Shown one piece after another: positions 18,912-27,450 of a stretch of DNA of 57,342 nt. A model generated the notes under the pieces. It was not told the DNA's origin. It saw only the letters and a program-made list of their open reading frames with translations, and ran no database searches. Every line of letters starts with the position of its first letter. The first letter of the stretch is position 1. The position numbers and the translations under genes are program-made. Origin of the DNA: Bacteroidales bacterium (GTDB lineage Bacteria; Bacteroidota; Bacteroidia; Bacteroidales; WCHB1-69); contig JAGCRI010000176.1 of assembly GCA_017964755.1 (NCBI GenBank), forward strand, positions 1 through 57,342. The letters run 5' to 3'.

Positions 18912-19448
18912 ATGGAAGGTGTTTTTAATTTCAGTAAGGCTATAAATGCGGTGCTATATATTATAAAGCACATTAAAAGAGCTGATTTTCATAAGATTTT
19001 CAAAATACTATACTTCTCTGACAGAGACATGTTAGCACAAACAGGCATGATGATAACGGGTGATACATATATAGCAATGAATGATGGTCCTGTCCCATCG
19101 AACATTTACGACATATTCAAATCAGTAAGAGGAGATGGATTTTTTAAGAATATGAGCGATCTGTCATCATTTATCGGTGTTGAGAACTGGGATATTGTTG
19201 TGGCTAAAAAGGATCCTGATATGGGGCAATTTTCAAAAATGGACATAAAAATAATTGACAATGCCATACAGAAATATGGAAACTTGTCGTGGGATGAAAT
19301 CCGAGAGAAATCGCACGATTACGCGTGGCGCAGCACAACACTTAACCGCCCAATGTCCGTAAAAGATATGCTTATTGAAAGTGGGAGCGATGACGGTTTT
19401 ATTCAATATGTTAAAGAAGAAATGGAGTTGGAAAGGCTTGTAAGATAA
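18912..19448 (+). CDS. Panacea (DUF4065) domain protein, SocA/PanA-type antitoxin
   Basis: KIFKILYFSDRDMLAQTGMMITGDTYIAMNDGPVPSNIYDIFK and the later IIDNAIQKYGNLSWDEIREKSHDYAW match the DUF4065 pattern (KLxKLLYF(A/S)D ... G.P(I/L)TG..Y.A...GPVP..(I/L)Y ... LS..EL...SH....W). Confidence 0.8.
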   Translation: MEGVFNFSKAINAVLYIIKHIKRADFHKIFKILYFSDRDMLAQTGMMITGDTYIAMNDGPVPSNIYDIFKSVRGDGFFKNMSDLSSFIGVENWDIVVAKKDPDMGQFSKMDIKIIDNAIQKYGNLSWDEIREKSHDYAWRSTTLNRPMSVKDMLIESGSDDGFIQYVKEEMELERLVR

Positions 19449-19454
19449 CCGAAA

Positions 19455-19904
19455 ATGAGTGTTGATATTCCACAAAATACGCTTTCTTTAACATTTAAAT
19501 CCACCATTAGGATAGGTGATGTTTTTCTTAAATGCTTTGATGGCATCAGTCATCCGAAATTTTTTATTATAACAGGCATTTCACAAGATAGGGTAACTGT
19601 ATGCAGCGTATTCATCAATTCTAAGATTCATCCATCTTTGTTTAATAAACCAATTCTTCTCAACGCTCAGATTCTTCTAAAAAAAGATTCAAACAGTTTT
19701 CTTTCTCATGATTCCTATGCCAACTGTTCCCATACTTTCATATTGGATTTAACACTACTTGCTGAAGACATTGCTAATAAAAAATGTAAAGTTATTGGGA
19801 CTTTGAACTATGATGATATTACATCTGTAAGGCGTGCCATTATTGATACAGGATTGTTAAGTCATGATACTGAAAAAACATTTTTCAATGATTTACTTCA
19901 TTGA
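19455..19904 (+). CDS. Uncharacterised 149-aa protein, putative cognate toxin of the Panacea antitoxin
   Basis: It starts 6 nt after the antitoxin stop on the same strand, with no separate promoter box. It has no signal peptide or TM helix and no motif I can assign confidently. The GDVF...KFFIITG...SVFINSK...SHDSYANCSHTFILDLTLL...KVIGTL..DDITSVRRAI spacing is loosely MazF/PemK-like. Confidence 0.55.
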   Translation: MSVDIPQNTLSLTFKSTIRIGDVFLKCFDGISHPKFFIITGISQDRVTVCSVFINSKIHPSLFNKPILLNAQILLKKDSNSFLSHDSYANCSHTFILDLTLLAEDIANKKCKVIGTLNYDDITSVRRAIIDTGLLSHDTEKTFFNDLLH

Positions 19905-19932
19905 CAGAAGTAACCTTTAATTTCAAAAACCG

Positions 19933-20598
19933 ATGAAACTATACATAGTCCCCACTCCGATTGGCAATCTTGAAGACATCACGCTGCGCGCTCTCCGCGT
20001 GCTGAAAGAAGCTGATTTTGTGCTTTGCGAAGATACAAGGACCACAAAAAACTTACTGAGGCACTACGAAATGGACAAGCGCTGCTACGCATACCATATT
20101 TTCAACGAACACCAGCAGGTGGCTAATTTGGTGAATATGATAAAAATTGCGGGCAGCGTTGCGCTCACAAGCGATGCCGGCACACCTGGCATTTCCGACC
20201 CCGGATTCCTCCTGATACGTGAATGCCTTGCTGCTGACATTAAGGTGGAATGTCTCCCCGGAGCCACCGCCCTCATCCCTGCATTAGTCAATTCAGGACT
20301 GCCAGCCGACAAGTTCTATTTTCACGGATTCCTGCCTCATAAAAAAGGGAAGGAGACTACCTTGAAAATGCTTGCCGAACGCGATGAGACCGTCATTTTC
20401 TACGAGTCACCGTTCCGTCTTGTGAAGACCCTCGAAATGATGCTGCACATTTTCGGCGAAGGGCGGCAAATCTCTGTGGCACGCGAACTCACAAAGATAC
20501 ACGAAGAGAATTTCCGCGGCACCGTTGCCGAAGCCGTCTCGCATTTTTCTGAAAAAGAGGTTAAAGGGGAAATCGTGGTTGTGGTGAAAGGGAAATAA
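19933..20598 (+). CDS. rsmI: 16S rRNA (cytidine1402-2'-O)-methyltransferase
   Basis: MKLYIVPTPIGNLEDITLRALRVLKEADFVLCEDTRTTKNLL and SDAGTPGISDPG are canonical RsmI motifs. Confidence 0.9.
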   Translation: MKLYIVPTPIGNLEDITLRALRVLKEADFVLCEDTRTTKNLLRHYEMDKRCYAYHIFNEHQQVANLVNMIKIAGSVALTSDAGTPGISDPGFLLIRECLAADIKVECLPGATALIPALVNSGLPADKFYFHGFLPHKKGKETTLKMLAERDETVIFYESPFRLVKTLEMMLHIFGEGRQISVARELTKIHEENFRGTVAEAVSHFSEKEVKGEIVVVVKGK

Positions 20599-20605
20599 AT
20601 TGCTA

Positions 20606-21400
20606 TTACACCAGAATCCGTTTTATTATCCTCAAAATATGTGTGTATTTTCCCGCTGCTTTGTTGAAAATCCCCGTTTGGTCAAGAGTGTCAATCCTCA
20701 CTTTGCCTGAAGCGTGCAGAATTTTTTTGTTATCGCACACAATGCCGACATGGATAATATCGCCATCGCTGTTTTGGAAAAAGGCAAGGTCTCCGGCGCG
20801 CGCCTCATCCACAAAATCCACCAATTCGCCGATTCCAGCCTGCTGGGAGGCATCGCGCGGAAGTGAAATACCTATGCTCTTGTATGCAAGCTGCGTAAGG
20901 CCAGAGCAATCTATACCAATAGGGGTGCGGCCGCCCCAAAGATACGGAGCATTAAGGAACATCGCAGCAAAGCGCAGCAAAGAGTGTTGGGCGGCCGTCA
21001 GTTGCGGCGGCACCGGCTGCTCCTCTTTGTCAAGCAAAGATATCGAAAATATGCTGTTCCCCAAAATCAGTGTGCCATCTTTCGGATATGGGAACGCCGC
21101 CCCTGCAAAAACAGGAAAACTGATGCGGCTGATGAAGTCCTGTATGAAGAACATATATTCCGTGACAACATATTTCTCTGCAGAAATATAATCCTCAACA
21201 TCTTTCTCATGCAGCGGATTGTGCATCTTTTTATCAATCCACCCTTCGTAACCGCAATCGAAAGTATTAATTTTCAACCATTTATCTTTAGTTTCAATAA
21301 CTTTATAGGCGTCTCCGAAAATAAGCTGGGATACCATTTCGGCTCTTTCAGAAGCCTCAGCCCGCATTGGCAGGGCAGCAATGTCACAAACTCCGTACAT
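20606..21400 (-). CDS. NlpC/P60 (C40) family peptidase with an N-terminal SH3b-like domain
   Basis: GGRTPIGIDCSGLTQLAYKSIGISLPRDASQQ contains the catalytic Cys context, and HVGIV contains the His. Confidence 0.85.
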   Translation of the reverse strand: MYGVCDIAALPMRAEASERAEMVSQLIFGDAYKVIETKDKWLKINTFDCGYEGWIDKKMHNPLHEKDVEDYISAEKYVVTEYMFFIQDFISRISFPVFAGAAFPYPKDGTLILGNSIFSISLLDKEEQPVPPQLTAAQHSLLRFAAMFLNAPYLWGGRTPIGIDCSGLTQLAYKSIGISLPRDASQQAGIGELVDFVDEARAGDLAFFQNSDGDIIHVGIVCDNKKILHASGKVRIDTLDQTGIFNKAAGKYTHILRIIKRILV

Positions 21401-21406
21401 AGGCTG

Positions 21407-21805
21407 TTAAAATGGAAGATCATCCACGCCTTCGTCAGAGGCGGTGTCAGTAAAAGTTGTAACTTCGGGTGCGCTGTCTGGCAAAGAAGATGCCACCGGT
21501 TGTGCCTGAGCCGCGGCCGCGCCTTGCGACTGCCCGGCTAAAGCGATTTTCCACGCCCGCACATCTGTGTACCATTTCCCGTTATATTCACGCGAGCTGA
21601 TGTCGAAAGAAACCACAACCGTGTCACCAATATTGAACGAGTTGAGCATATCTGTTTTGTCACCCCACAACGAAGCACAAATCTTCTGCGGGTACTGCGA
21701 ATCGGTGGTCTCAATGACAAACTCCTGTTTCTGCCAATTGCTGCCAGACTTTCCTACACCCGACTGCATCGTAAGTTTTTGAATCAGTCTTCCTGTAACT
21801 TCCAT
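21407..21805 (-). CDS. DUF3127-family protein with a disordered linker and an SSB-like acidic C-terminal tip
   Basis: The N-terminal roughly 87 aa (MEVTGRLIQKL...WQKQEFVIET...YPQKICASLWGDK...GDTVVVSFDISSREYNGKWYTDVRAWKI) match DUF3127 as I recall it. The tail is an Ala/Gln/Pro-rich linker ending in EGVDDLPF. Confidence 0.7.
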   Translation of the reverse strand: MEVTGRLIQKLTMQSGVGKSGSNWQKQEFVIETTDSQYPQKICASLWGDKTDMLNSFNIGDTVVVSFDISSREYNGKWYTDVRAWKIALAGQSQGAAAAQAQPVASSLPDSAPEVTTFTDTASDEGVDDLPF

Positions 21806-21899
21806 AATTATTTTTCCGTTTTATTTTTTGCAAAAATACAACTTTCCGAGGTAAGATAATAACATAAATGGATATATTCCTGTTTTCCGTTTAATTTTG

Positions 21900-21907
21900 T
21901 AACTTTG
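21900..21907 (+). promoter_or_regulatory. TAnnTTTG -7 box for rarA (a second overlapping candidate lies at 21892-21899)
   Basis: TAACTTTG lies 38 nt upstream of the ATG at 21945. Confidence 0.4.
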
Positions 21908-21944
21908 CAATTCTGACATAAAACCCAAAATAGTTAACAAAACG

Positions 21945-24227
21945 ATGTCTGATAAGCCGTTAGCAGAAAAACTACGTCCAAAGAAGGTGAGTGATTACAT
22001 CGGGCAGCAGCACCTTATGGGTGAAGGCGCAATACTGCGCACGGCTATAGAGAGCGACAGGCTCCATTCGATGATTCTCTGGGGGCCGCCTGGCGTTGGG
22101 AAGACCACCCTCGCACTGCTCATCGCAGAGACTACAGGCGCAAATTTCTATATGTTGAGTGCGATAAGTTCGGGTGTGAAAGAAATCCGCGAGGTGATAG
22201 ATAGTGCGCGCAACTCTCTCGGTAAGTCAATTCTCTTCATTGACGAAATCCACCGTTTCAGCAAGGCGCAGCAGGATTCTCTGCTTGGTGCGGTTGAGCA
22301 GGGTGTTGTGACGCTAATCGGTGCCACCACAGAAAATCCATCATTTGAGGTCATTTCGCCGCTGTTATCGCGTTGTCAGGTGTATATTCTTAAATCATTG
22401 GAAGAGAATGATTTGCAGATAATAATTAAGAATTGTGTCTCCTATCTGGAACAAGATCTTAACTGTAAAATCAAGATAGATGAAGATTCGGCACTGCTCC
22501 GTATCTCCGGCGGTGATGCAAGAAAACTTATAAACGCTGTTGAACTTGTGGTTACAACGCTCCGCAATAATTCTGATAAAATTCTCATTAACAATGAGAT
22601 AGTATTGAAGATAATTCAGAAGAACTTGGCGGTTTACGATAAAAAAGGTGAGAACCACTACGATATTATTTCGGCGTTTATCAAGTCTGTGCGCGGCAGT
22701 GACCCGAATGCGGCGGTCTATTGGCTTGCGCGTATGCTTGAAGCAGGGGAGGATCCGCTTTTCATCGCGCGCCGCCTCATTATTCTTGCCTCGGAAGACG
22801 TAGGCAACGCCAACCCCAACGCGCTTCTTTTGGCTAACAGCTGTTTTCAGGCGGTGCACCAAATCGGGATGCCGGAAGCGAGAATCGTTCTCTCGCAAAC
22901 CACCACATATCTCGCCTCTTCACCTAAAAGCAATGCCGCATATATGGCCGTGGAAAACGCTTTCGGCATGATAAAATCCACAGGCGACCTGCCCGTGCCG
23001 TTACATCTCCGCAACGCCCCCACGCGGCTGATGAAAGACATCGGCTACGCGAAAGACTACAAATATTCCCACGATTTTGAAAACCATTTTGTTGACGAAG
23101 AGTTTCTGCCGGAAAGCATTTCGGGTGCCAAATTCTACGAGCCGCAGGACAATCCGAGAGAGAACGAGTTGCGCAAATATTTGAAAAAATGCTGGAAAGA
23201 CAAATACAGATATGTCATTCTTCTGGTTTCCATTCTGACTTTTTTCACCAATATTTTTGCTCAAGACATACACTACTCCCAATTTTCAACCTCAGCGCAA
23301 AACCTGAACCCCGCATTGACGGGTGTTGTCAACGGTGTTTTCCGTGCTGGATTGAACCAGCGCACGCAATGGCTTTCTGTCACGAAGCCTTTTCTCACAT
23401 TTTCGGCGGCGATAGATGCGCCCGTCTATAAGAACAACCGCCGGCGCGAACTTGTCGGCTTGGGATTTCTGCTCAACGTTGACCGCGCCGGCGATTCACA
23501 CTATACCTCATGCCAACCGCTTCTTTCAGCCTCTTACGTCAAAAGTCTCGACCATAAAAATAATCATAAAATCGGCTTCGGAGCATACGCCGCACTCATA
23601 AACCGCTCCATCAATTTCTCAAGGCTTTCGTTTGACGAGCAATGGGTGAACGGATATTATAGTCAAGACAATCCTATTACAGAAAATCTTGAAAAACAGA
23701 AAATTACATTTTTCGATTGGGGCATTGGAGTAAACTATAGTTTCGTTCCGTCCGATAAATTCTCGCTAATAACCGGTGTTGGCATTTCGCACTTGAACAC
23801 ACCAAAACAGACTTACTATAAGGACGAAAACTCAGTGCTTCCGATAAAAAGTACAGCATACATAATGACGCAAGTGCTTGTGCATAAAGATGTTTACTTG
23901 TGTCCGATGGTCTATGCTGCTTTTCAGGGGAATTTCACGGAAATAAATTTCGGCTGTATTGCCGAATACCAGTATCATAAGAACGCCTACACCAACAACT
24001 GGGCATTTGGTGGCGGCATTTTCTGTCGTTGGGCAGATGCGGTGATTGCGACCGCCACATTGCGCTGGCAAAATGTGAAATTGGGGATAAGCTATGACTT
24101 TAACTACTCATCGTTAGTGCGGGCTTCGCGGGTGCGTGGCGGGTTGGAAATCTCTCTGCTTTACGTATTGAAACGCGCCACCGTCAAATCTGTCGGCAAC
24201 GAACCGTGTCCGTTTCTGCTTATGTAA
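21945..24227 (+). CDS. rarA: Continuous 760-codon ORF with an N-terminal replication-associated recombination protein A (RarA/MgsA, roughly the first 420 codons) in frame with a PorP/SprF-family protein
   Basis: RarA features are the Walker A motif [24 protein letters not shown], the [10 protein letters not shown] sensor region, [13 protein letters not shown] and [13 protein letters not shown]. No stop codon follows before the PorP/SprF-like part. Confidence 0.75.
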   Translation: MSDKPLAEKLRPKKVSDYIGQQHLMGEGAILRTAIESDRLHSMILWGPPGVGKTTLALLIAETTGANFYMLSAISSGVKEIREVIDSARNSLGKSILFIDEIHRFSKAQQDSLLGAVEQGVVTLIGATTENPSFEVISPLLSRCQVYILKSLEENDLQIIIKNCVSYLEQDLNCKIKIDEDSALLRISGGDARKLINAVELVVTTLRNNSDKILINNEIVLKIIQKNLAVYDKKGENHYDIISAFIKSVRGSDPNAAVYWLARMLEAGEDPLFIARRLIILASEDVGNANPNALLLANSCFQAVHQIGMPEARIVLSQTTTYLASSPKSNAAYMAVENAFGMIKSTGDLPVPLHLRNAPTRLMKDIGYAKDYKYSHDFENHFVDEEFLPESISGAKFYEPQDNPRENELRKYLKKCWKDKYRYVILLVSILTFFTNIFAQDIHYSQFSTSAQNLNPALTGVVNGVFRAGLNQRTQWLSVTKPFLTFSAAIDAPVYKNNRRRELVGLGFLLNVDRAGDSHYTSCQPLLSASYVKSLDHKNNHKIGFGAYAALINRSINFSRLSFDEQWVNGYYSQDNPITENLEKQKITFFDWGIGVNYSFVPSDKFSLITGVGISHLNTPKQTYYKDENSVLPIKSTAYIMTQVLVHKDVYLCPMVYAAFQGNFTEINFGCIAEYQYHKNAYTNNWAFGGGIFCRWADAVIATATLRWQNVKLGISYDFNYSSLVRASRVRGGLEISLLYVLKRATVKSVGNEPCPFLLM
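23181..24227 (+). CDS. PorP/SprF-family type IX secretion system membrane protein, with a possible independent TTG start nested in frame in the rarA ORF
   Basis: From the TTG at 23181 the product begins [29 protein letters not shown], which has a basic n-region, a hydrophobic core and an AQ/D cleavage context. It continues [19 protein letters not shown]...[10 protein letters not shown], the PorP/SprF signature. No in-frame ATG is available. Confidence 0.6.
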   Translation: MKKCWKDKYRYVILLVSILTFFTNIFAQDIHYSQFSTSAQNLNPALTGVVNGVFRAGLNQRTQWLSVTKPFLTFSAAIDAPVYKNNRRRELVGLGFLLNVDRAGDSHYTSCQPLLSASYVKSLDHKNNHKIGFGAYAALINRSINFSRLSFDEQWVNGYYSQDNPITENLEKQKITFFDWGIGVNYSFVPSDKFSLITGVGISHLNTPKQTYYKDENSVLPIKSTAYIMTQVLVHKDVYLCPMVYAAFQGNFTEINFGCIAEYQYHKNAYTNNWAFGGGIFCRWADAVIATATLRWQNVKLGISYDFNYSSLVRASRVRGGLEISLLYVLKRATVKSVGNEPCPFLLM

Positions 24228-24290
24228 TTAGCCGGAATACTTAACGGAAAGTCTTCTCTATCGGCAACAAATGCAGCAATATGCGACAAA

Positions 24291-25196
24291 TCAAGGTTCC
24301 ATCACCGCAATTTGTCCTTCTGTCAATCCTGTGGCTTGGGCAATATCTGCAACTGAAATGCCAAGCTTCAGCAAATTGCGGGCGGTTTTTAGCAGCGCTT
24401 CTTCTCTTCCTTCTTCTCTTCCTTCCTCTTTCCCTTTTTTCACGCCGGCCTTGTAGGAGGCTTTGGCGGCGAGTTCCTTGGCATATTCTATCGCGGTTTG
24501 CACCTCCTCATACTCCAAGACGCTTTTCTCGTAATTTTCCTTTTCCATCTTGCTAAGTTTTGATATCCTGCATTCGTCAAGCAGCGTCTGGAAGACACCG
24601 GTGTAGGAGGAGTAGTCGCTCTCGTCCATGTGCGGCATATTCTTCAGTAGGTTCAGCCATGTGCGCATCTCCTCGGTCACTTCGCTCTGCTGCGCAGCAA
24701 AGTTACACAAATTCATGTAAAAAAACGCTACTTTCTTCGATAAGATTTTATTTTTCTGGTCTTTGATGAAGAACGCGCTAAAACACTCGCCAGAATCGAA
24801 GATCTCAGGCAGTGAGAAATCAAGCAGGTTGACGGAGTAGGTTGGTGTGATGCGGTACGACCGCACACCCTTTTTCTGGCTTGAGCTGATAGAACGCGAG
24901 AGGTAGAAGATAGAGCGGTCTGCATAGTCTGGCTGGCGAGCGCACTGCATCTCCACGATGAACTGTTTGTCCTTGTCGGTCTTGCAGAGGATGTCAAAGA
25001 CAAGTTTGCGCTCGTGTTCGGCAAGGCCGTACTGCTCAGTGTTCAGGTAGGTGATATCCTTGACATTGCCAGTGTACTTTGCAACGAAGCAGTTGAGGAA
25101 ATGAATAAGGAAATGTTTGTTTGCTTCAGTTCCGAAAATCCTTTTGAACGAAAAATCGGTAGTTGGGATTTGAAAAATTTGTCTGTTATCTTCCAT
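24291..25196 (-). CDS. Rpn-family recombination-promoting nuclease / putative transposase (PD-(D/E)XK, TIGR01784-like)
   Basis: FKRIFGTEANKHFLIHFLN, DILC...FIVEMQ and the C-terminal KEEGREEGREE...LKLGISVADIAQATGL support the call. The start is set at the ATG at 25196, 31 nt downstream of a minus-strand TATCTTTG box (25227-25234). The ORF-track TTG start is part of that box. Confidence 0.75.
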   Translation of the reverse strand: MEDNRQIFQIPTTDFSFKRIFGTEANKHFLIHFLNCFVAKYTGNVKDITYLNTEQYGLAEHERKLVFDILCKTDKDKQFIVEMQCARQPDYADRSIFYLSRSISSSQKKGVRSYRITPTYSVNLLDFSLPEIFDSGECFSAFFIKDQKNKILSKKVAFFYMNLCNFAAQQSEVTEEMRTWLNLLKNMPHMDESDYSSYTGVFQTLLDECRISKLSKMEKENYEKSVLEYEEVQTAIEYAKELAAKASYKAGVKKGKEEGREEGREEALLKTARNLLKLGISVADIAQATGLTEGQIAVMEP

Positions 25197-25374
25197 ACGA
25201 GTAAAATTTAGTAATTGAACACGCTGCAAAGATATACAAAATATTAATATAAAATTAACATAAAAATTAATACTTTGAAAAATTTTTTAGAATAACTTAC
25301 TCATAAACAAAAACACATTCAAAAATGAATTCTGAACAGTTTCAGTTAATGATTCAATTCTTGTTACACAAATC

Positions 25375-26991
25375 TTAGAACCCCAACCCAAACATCTGCC
25401 AATATTTTGCCTCCAAATCCTTCCATGCGGCAGATGTCCTTTTGTAAATGTCGGCTGTGTATTCGTTGAGCAATACAGAATTATTGCTTGCAGTAATATT
25501 GCCGGTGGCAGCTTTTCTGTTGTTTTCACCGATTTTGCTTTCCAAACCGCCAAGTCCGTCAAAAGCCTCCTTTTCAAGACGCAGAATCTCTTCCGTCATC
25601 TGTGGCTTAACACGTTGCCATGCCACAGTCGCCAATTTGTTGGCTTTGCGGTATTTCCATAGTACAGCATTCTCATTATACTTTTTCTGTCCACATGTGT
25701 CGTAAGCCGCGGGCAGCTTTGTCGTTCCGCTGAAAATAGGGACACGCGGGCTCTGTCCCGGATTGTCAACCGACATCCAGCAGACGCCACCCACCTCGTC
25801 TGGGAGCCAGTCGCGAAGCTGAGCGACAAACGAATATGAACACCACGCCACACTGACAGTGCGTCTGTATGTTACCGTACCCGGCGCAATGAAATTTAAC
25901 GTATTCATCATGTTGCCGCCAAGCCACGGGTTGGCTATCGGACTGACTACCGTGTCTTTATATGCTGTTCCATCATCATTCTTTTTATTAACAACACATT
26001 TGACATTCTGACACATATCAAGTTCTGAGCCCTCAAAAGTGGAGCGCAAAAGTCGGGTTATGTCTTTTACATCAATCTTATGATCCGGCATAATGGAAAA
26101 AGGAAGTTCATCCATATCCATAGTGAAACCTAAAGATGGTGCAAGGGTGCTGAATATGTAAAACTCGCGTTCACGGAAGTTTTTGCCGTTGGCGTAAGCG
26201 GCATTGAACGCTTTCCAGAAAATGAAATCGCCTTGGCCGTCCCAAAGGTTATACTTCTTGGCAACCTTTTCAATGTTATCAGAGCAGATGAAATATTCAG
26301 GGTTTTCGCGCATTAGGCGACCTATTCTTGGAATATTCGCACTGACGGCAACGTGGTGGTCAGGGACACGCTGCGCCGCCCATACACCGCCGATTTTATC
26401 AGGTCCTTCGCCAAGGATTTCCATCTGCCAAACCTCTTTTTTGTCGGCTATGGTTATACATTCACCGCCGTCACCATAACCGTACTTTTTAATGAGGTCG
26501 CCTATGAGATGAATGGCATCGCGAGCAGTGGAGCAGCGCATCAGCACAACACGCTCCAGCTCCTCGATATTGAACATTCCGTTCTTGTTGACAAGCGTAT
26601 CCGGCCCGCTGAAAGTGGTTTCCCCTATTGCAAGCTGTTTCTCGTTCAAGCATGGGTACGCGGTGTTCAGATACGCGAATGTATGCGCCGCCTGCGGGAT
26701 TGTCCCAGCCACTTTCACGCCTGTAGTGTCGTCCCTGAACGAAGTGTGCATTGTACCTTTGTTTACAGTGTGGAGCGCGCCTTTCGCATAATCGCCGGCC
26801 GGCTCAACTGTCATCCAAGTACGGTAGCGTCCGTCACAAGTGTGCGAGGTAATTACTGAGCCGTCTGTGGTGGCAAGCCTTCCCACCATTATTGAGGTGC
26901 ACGACTGCCCTTCGTAATCAGCCGGCAGTTCCTGCGCCGCCGACACAAGGAGCGAGAATGCCAGAACAAGTGAAAAAACAACCCTTTTCAT
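25375..26991 (-). CDS. C69-family dipeptidase (secreted)
   Basis: The signal peptide MKRVVFSLVLAFSLLVSAAQ is followed by SCTSIMVGRLATTDGSVITSHTCDG, the N-terminal nucleophile Cys context of peptidase C69. The start was trimmed from 27114 to 26991 because the longer ORF overlaps the upstream gene. Confidence 0.8.
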   Translation of the reverse strand: MKRVVFSLVLAFSLLVSAAQELPADYEGQSCTSIMVGRLATTDGSVITSHTCDGRYRTWMTVEPAGDYAKGALHTVNKGTMHTSFRDDTTGVKVAGTIPQAAHTFAYLNTAYPCLNEKQLAIGETTFSGPDTLVNKNGMFNIEELERVVLMRCSTARDAIHLIGDLIKKYGYGDGGECITIADKKEVWQMEILGEGPDKIGGVWAAQRVPDHHVAVSANIPRIGRLMRENPEYFICSDNIEKVAKKYNLWDGQGDFIFWKAFNAAYANGKNFREREFYIFSTLAPSLGFTMDMDELPFSIMPDHKIDVKDITRLLRSTFEGSELDMCQNVKCVVNKKNDDGTAYKDTVVSPIANPWLGGNMMNTLNFIAPGTVTYRRTVSVAWCSYSFVAQLRDWLPDEVGGVCWMSVDNPGQSPRVPIFSGTTKLPAAYDTCGQKKYNENAVLWKYRKANKLATVAWQRVKPQMTEEILRLEKEAFDGLGGLESKIGENNRKAATGNITASNNSVLLNEYTADIYKRTSAAWKDLEAKYWQMFGLGF

Positions 26992-26995
26992 TATA

Positions 26996-27415
26996 TTATT
27001 CCGCTGCCTTTTCGTATGTGTATGTTGCCATAGTCTCATTGCCGTCTTCACCTTCAAAAACGACCGATACTGTATAAGTTCCTTTTGTCGGGTGGAAATT
27101 TGCAAGTTCGTCATTTGCCTTCAAAGCATATTTTTTTGAATCAGTCTTTATCTTTTCTATCTTATTATTGGTAACTTCCGTGATGTCTATCTTGTGACCG
27201 ACTTTGTCAACTGTTCCGAAATTGGCTTTTGAAAAATGGTCGTCATATACCTTGTAAATTTGGTTTTTCTCCATCTCTATGGCAGATTCCACGCCCGAAA
27301 CGTTTGATGCCACTACTGTCCAACGCACTACGCAGTCATGGGTGTCTTTTTTGCAAGAACCGAATATGCATACTGCAAAAATTGTGATTGCTGACAAAAC
27401 TAATAACTTTTTCAT
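26996..27415 (-). CDS. Small lipoprotein of unknown function
   Basis: It has a signal peptide with the lipobox FGSC. It ends 4 nt before the dipeptidase start. Confidence 0.6.
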   Translation of the reverse strand: MKKLLVLSAITIFAVCIFGSCKKDTHDCVVRWTVVASNVSGVESAIEMEKNQIYKVYDDHFSKANFGTVDKVGHKIDITEVTNNKIEKIKTDSKKYALKANDELANFHPTKGTYTVSVVFEGEDGNETMATYTYEKAAE

Positions 27416-27450
27416 GATTTTTTTGTTTTTAGATTATAATAAAATGATGA

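Noticed and set aside
20643-21541. Two long plus-strand ORFs (182 and 185 aa) antisense to the NlpC/P60 and DUF3127 genes
   Set aside because: They have Arg/Cys/Ser-rich, shadow-frame-like composition and no promoter box. The opposite strand carries clear family motifs.
24291-25196. The Rpn-family nuclease gene as a mobile element
   Set aside because: There are no terminal inverted repeats, target duplications or accompanying cargo. Such genes are common multi-copy chromosomal genes in Bacteroidales, so it is reported only as a CDS.
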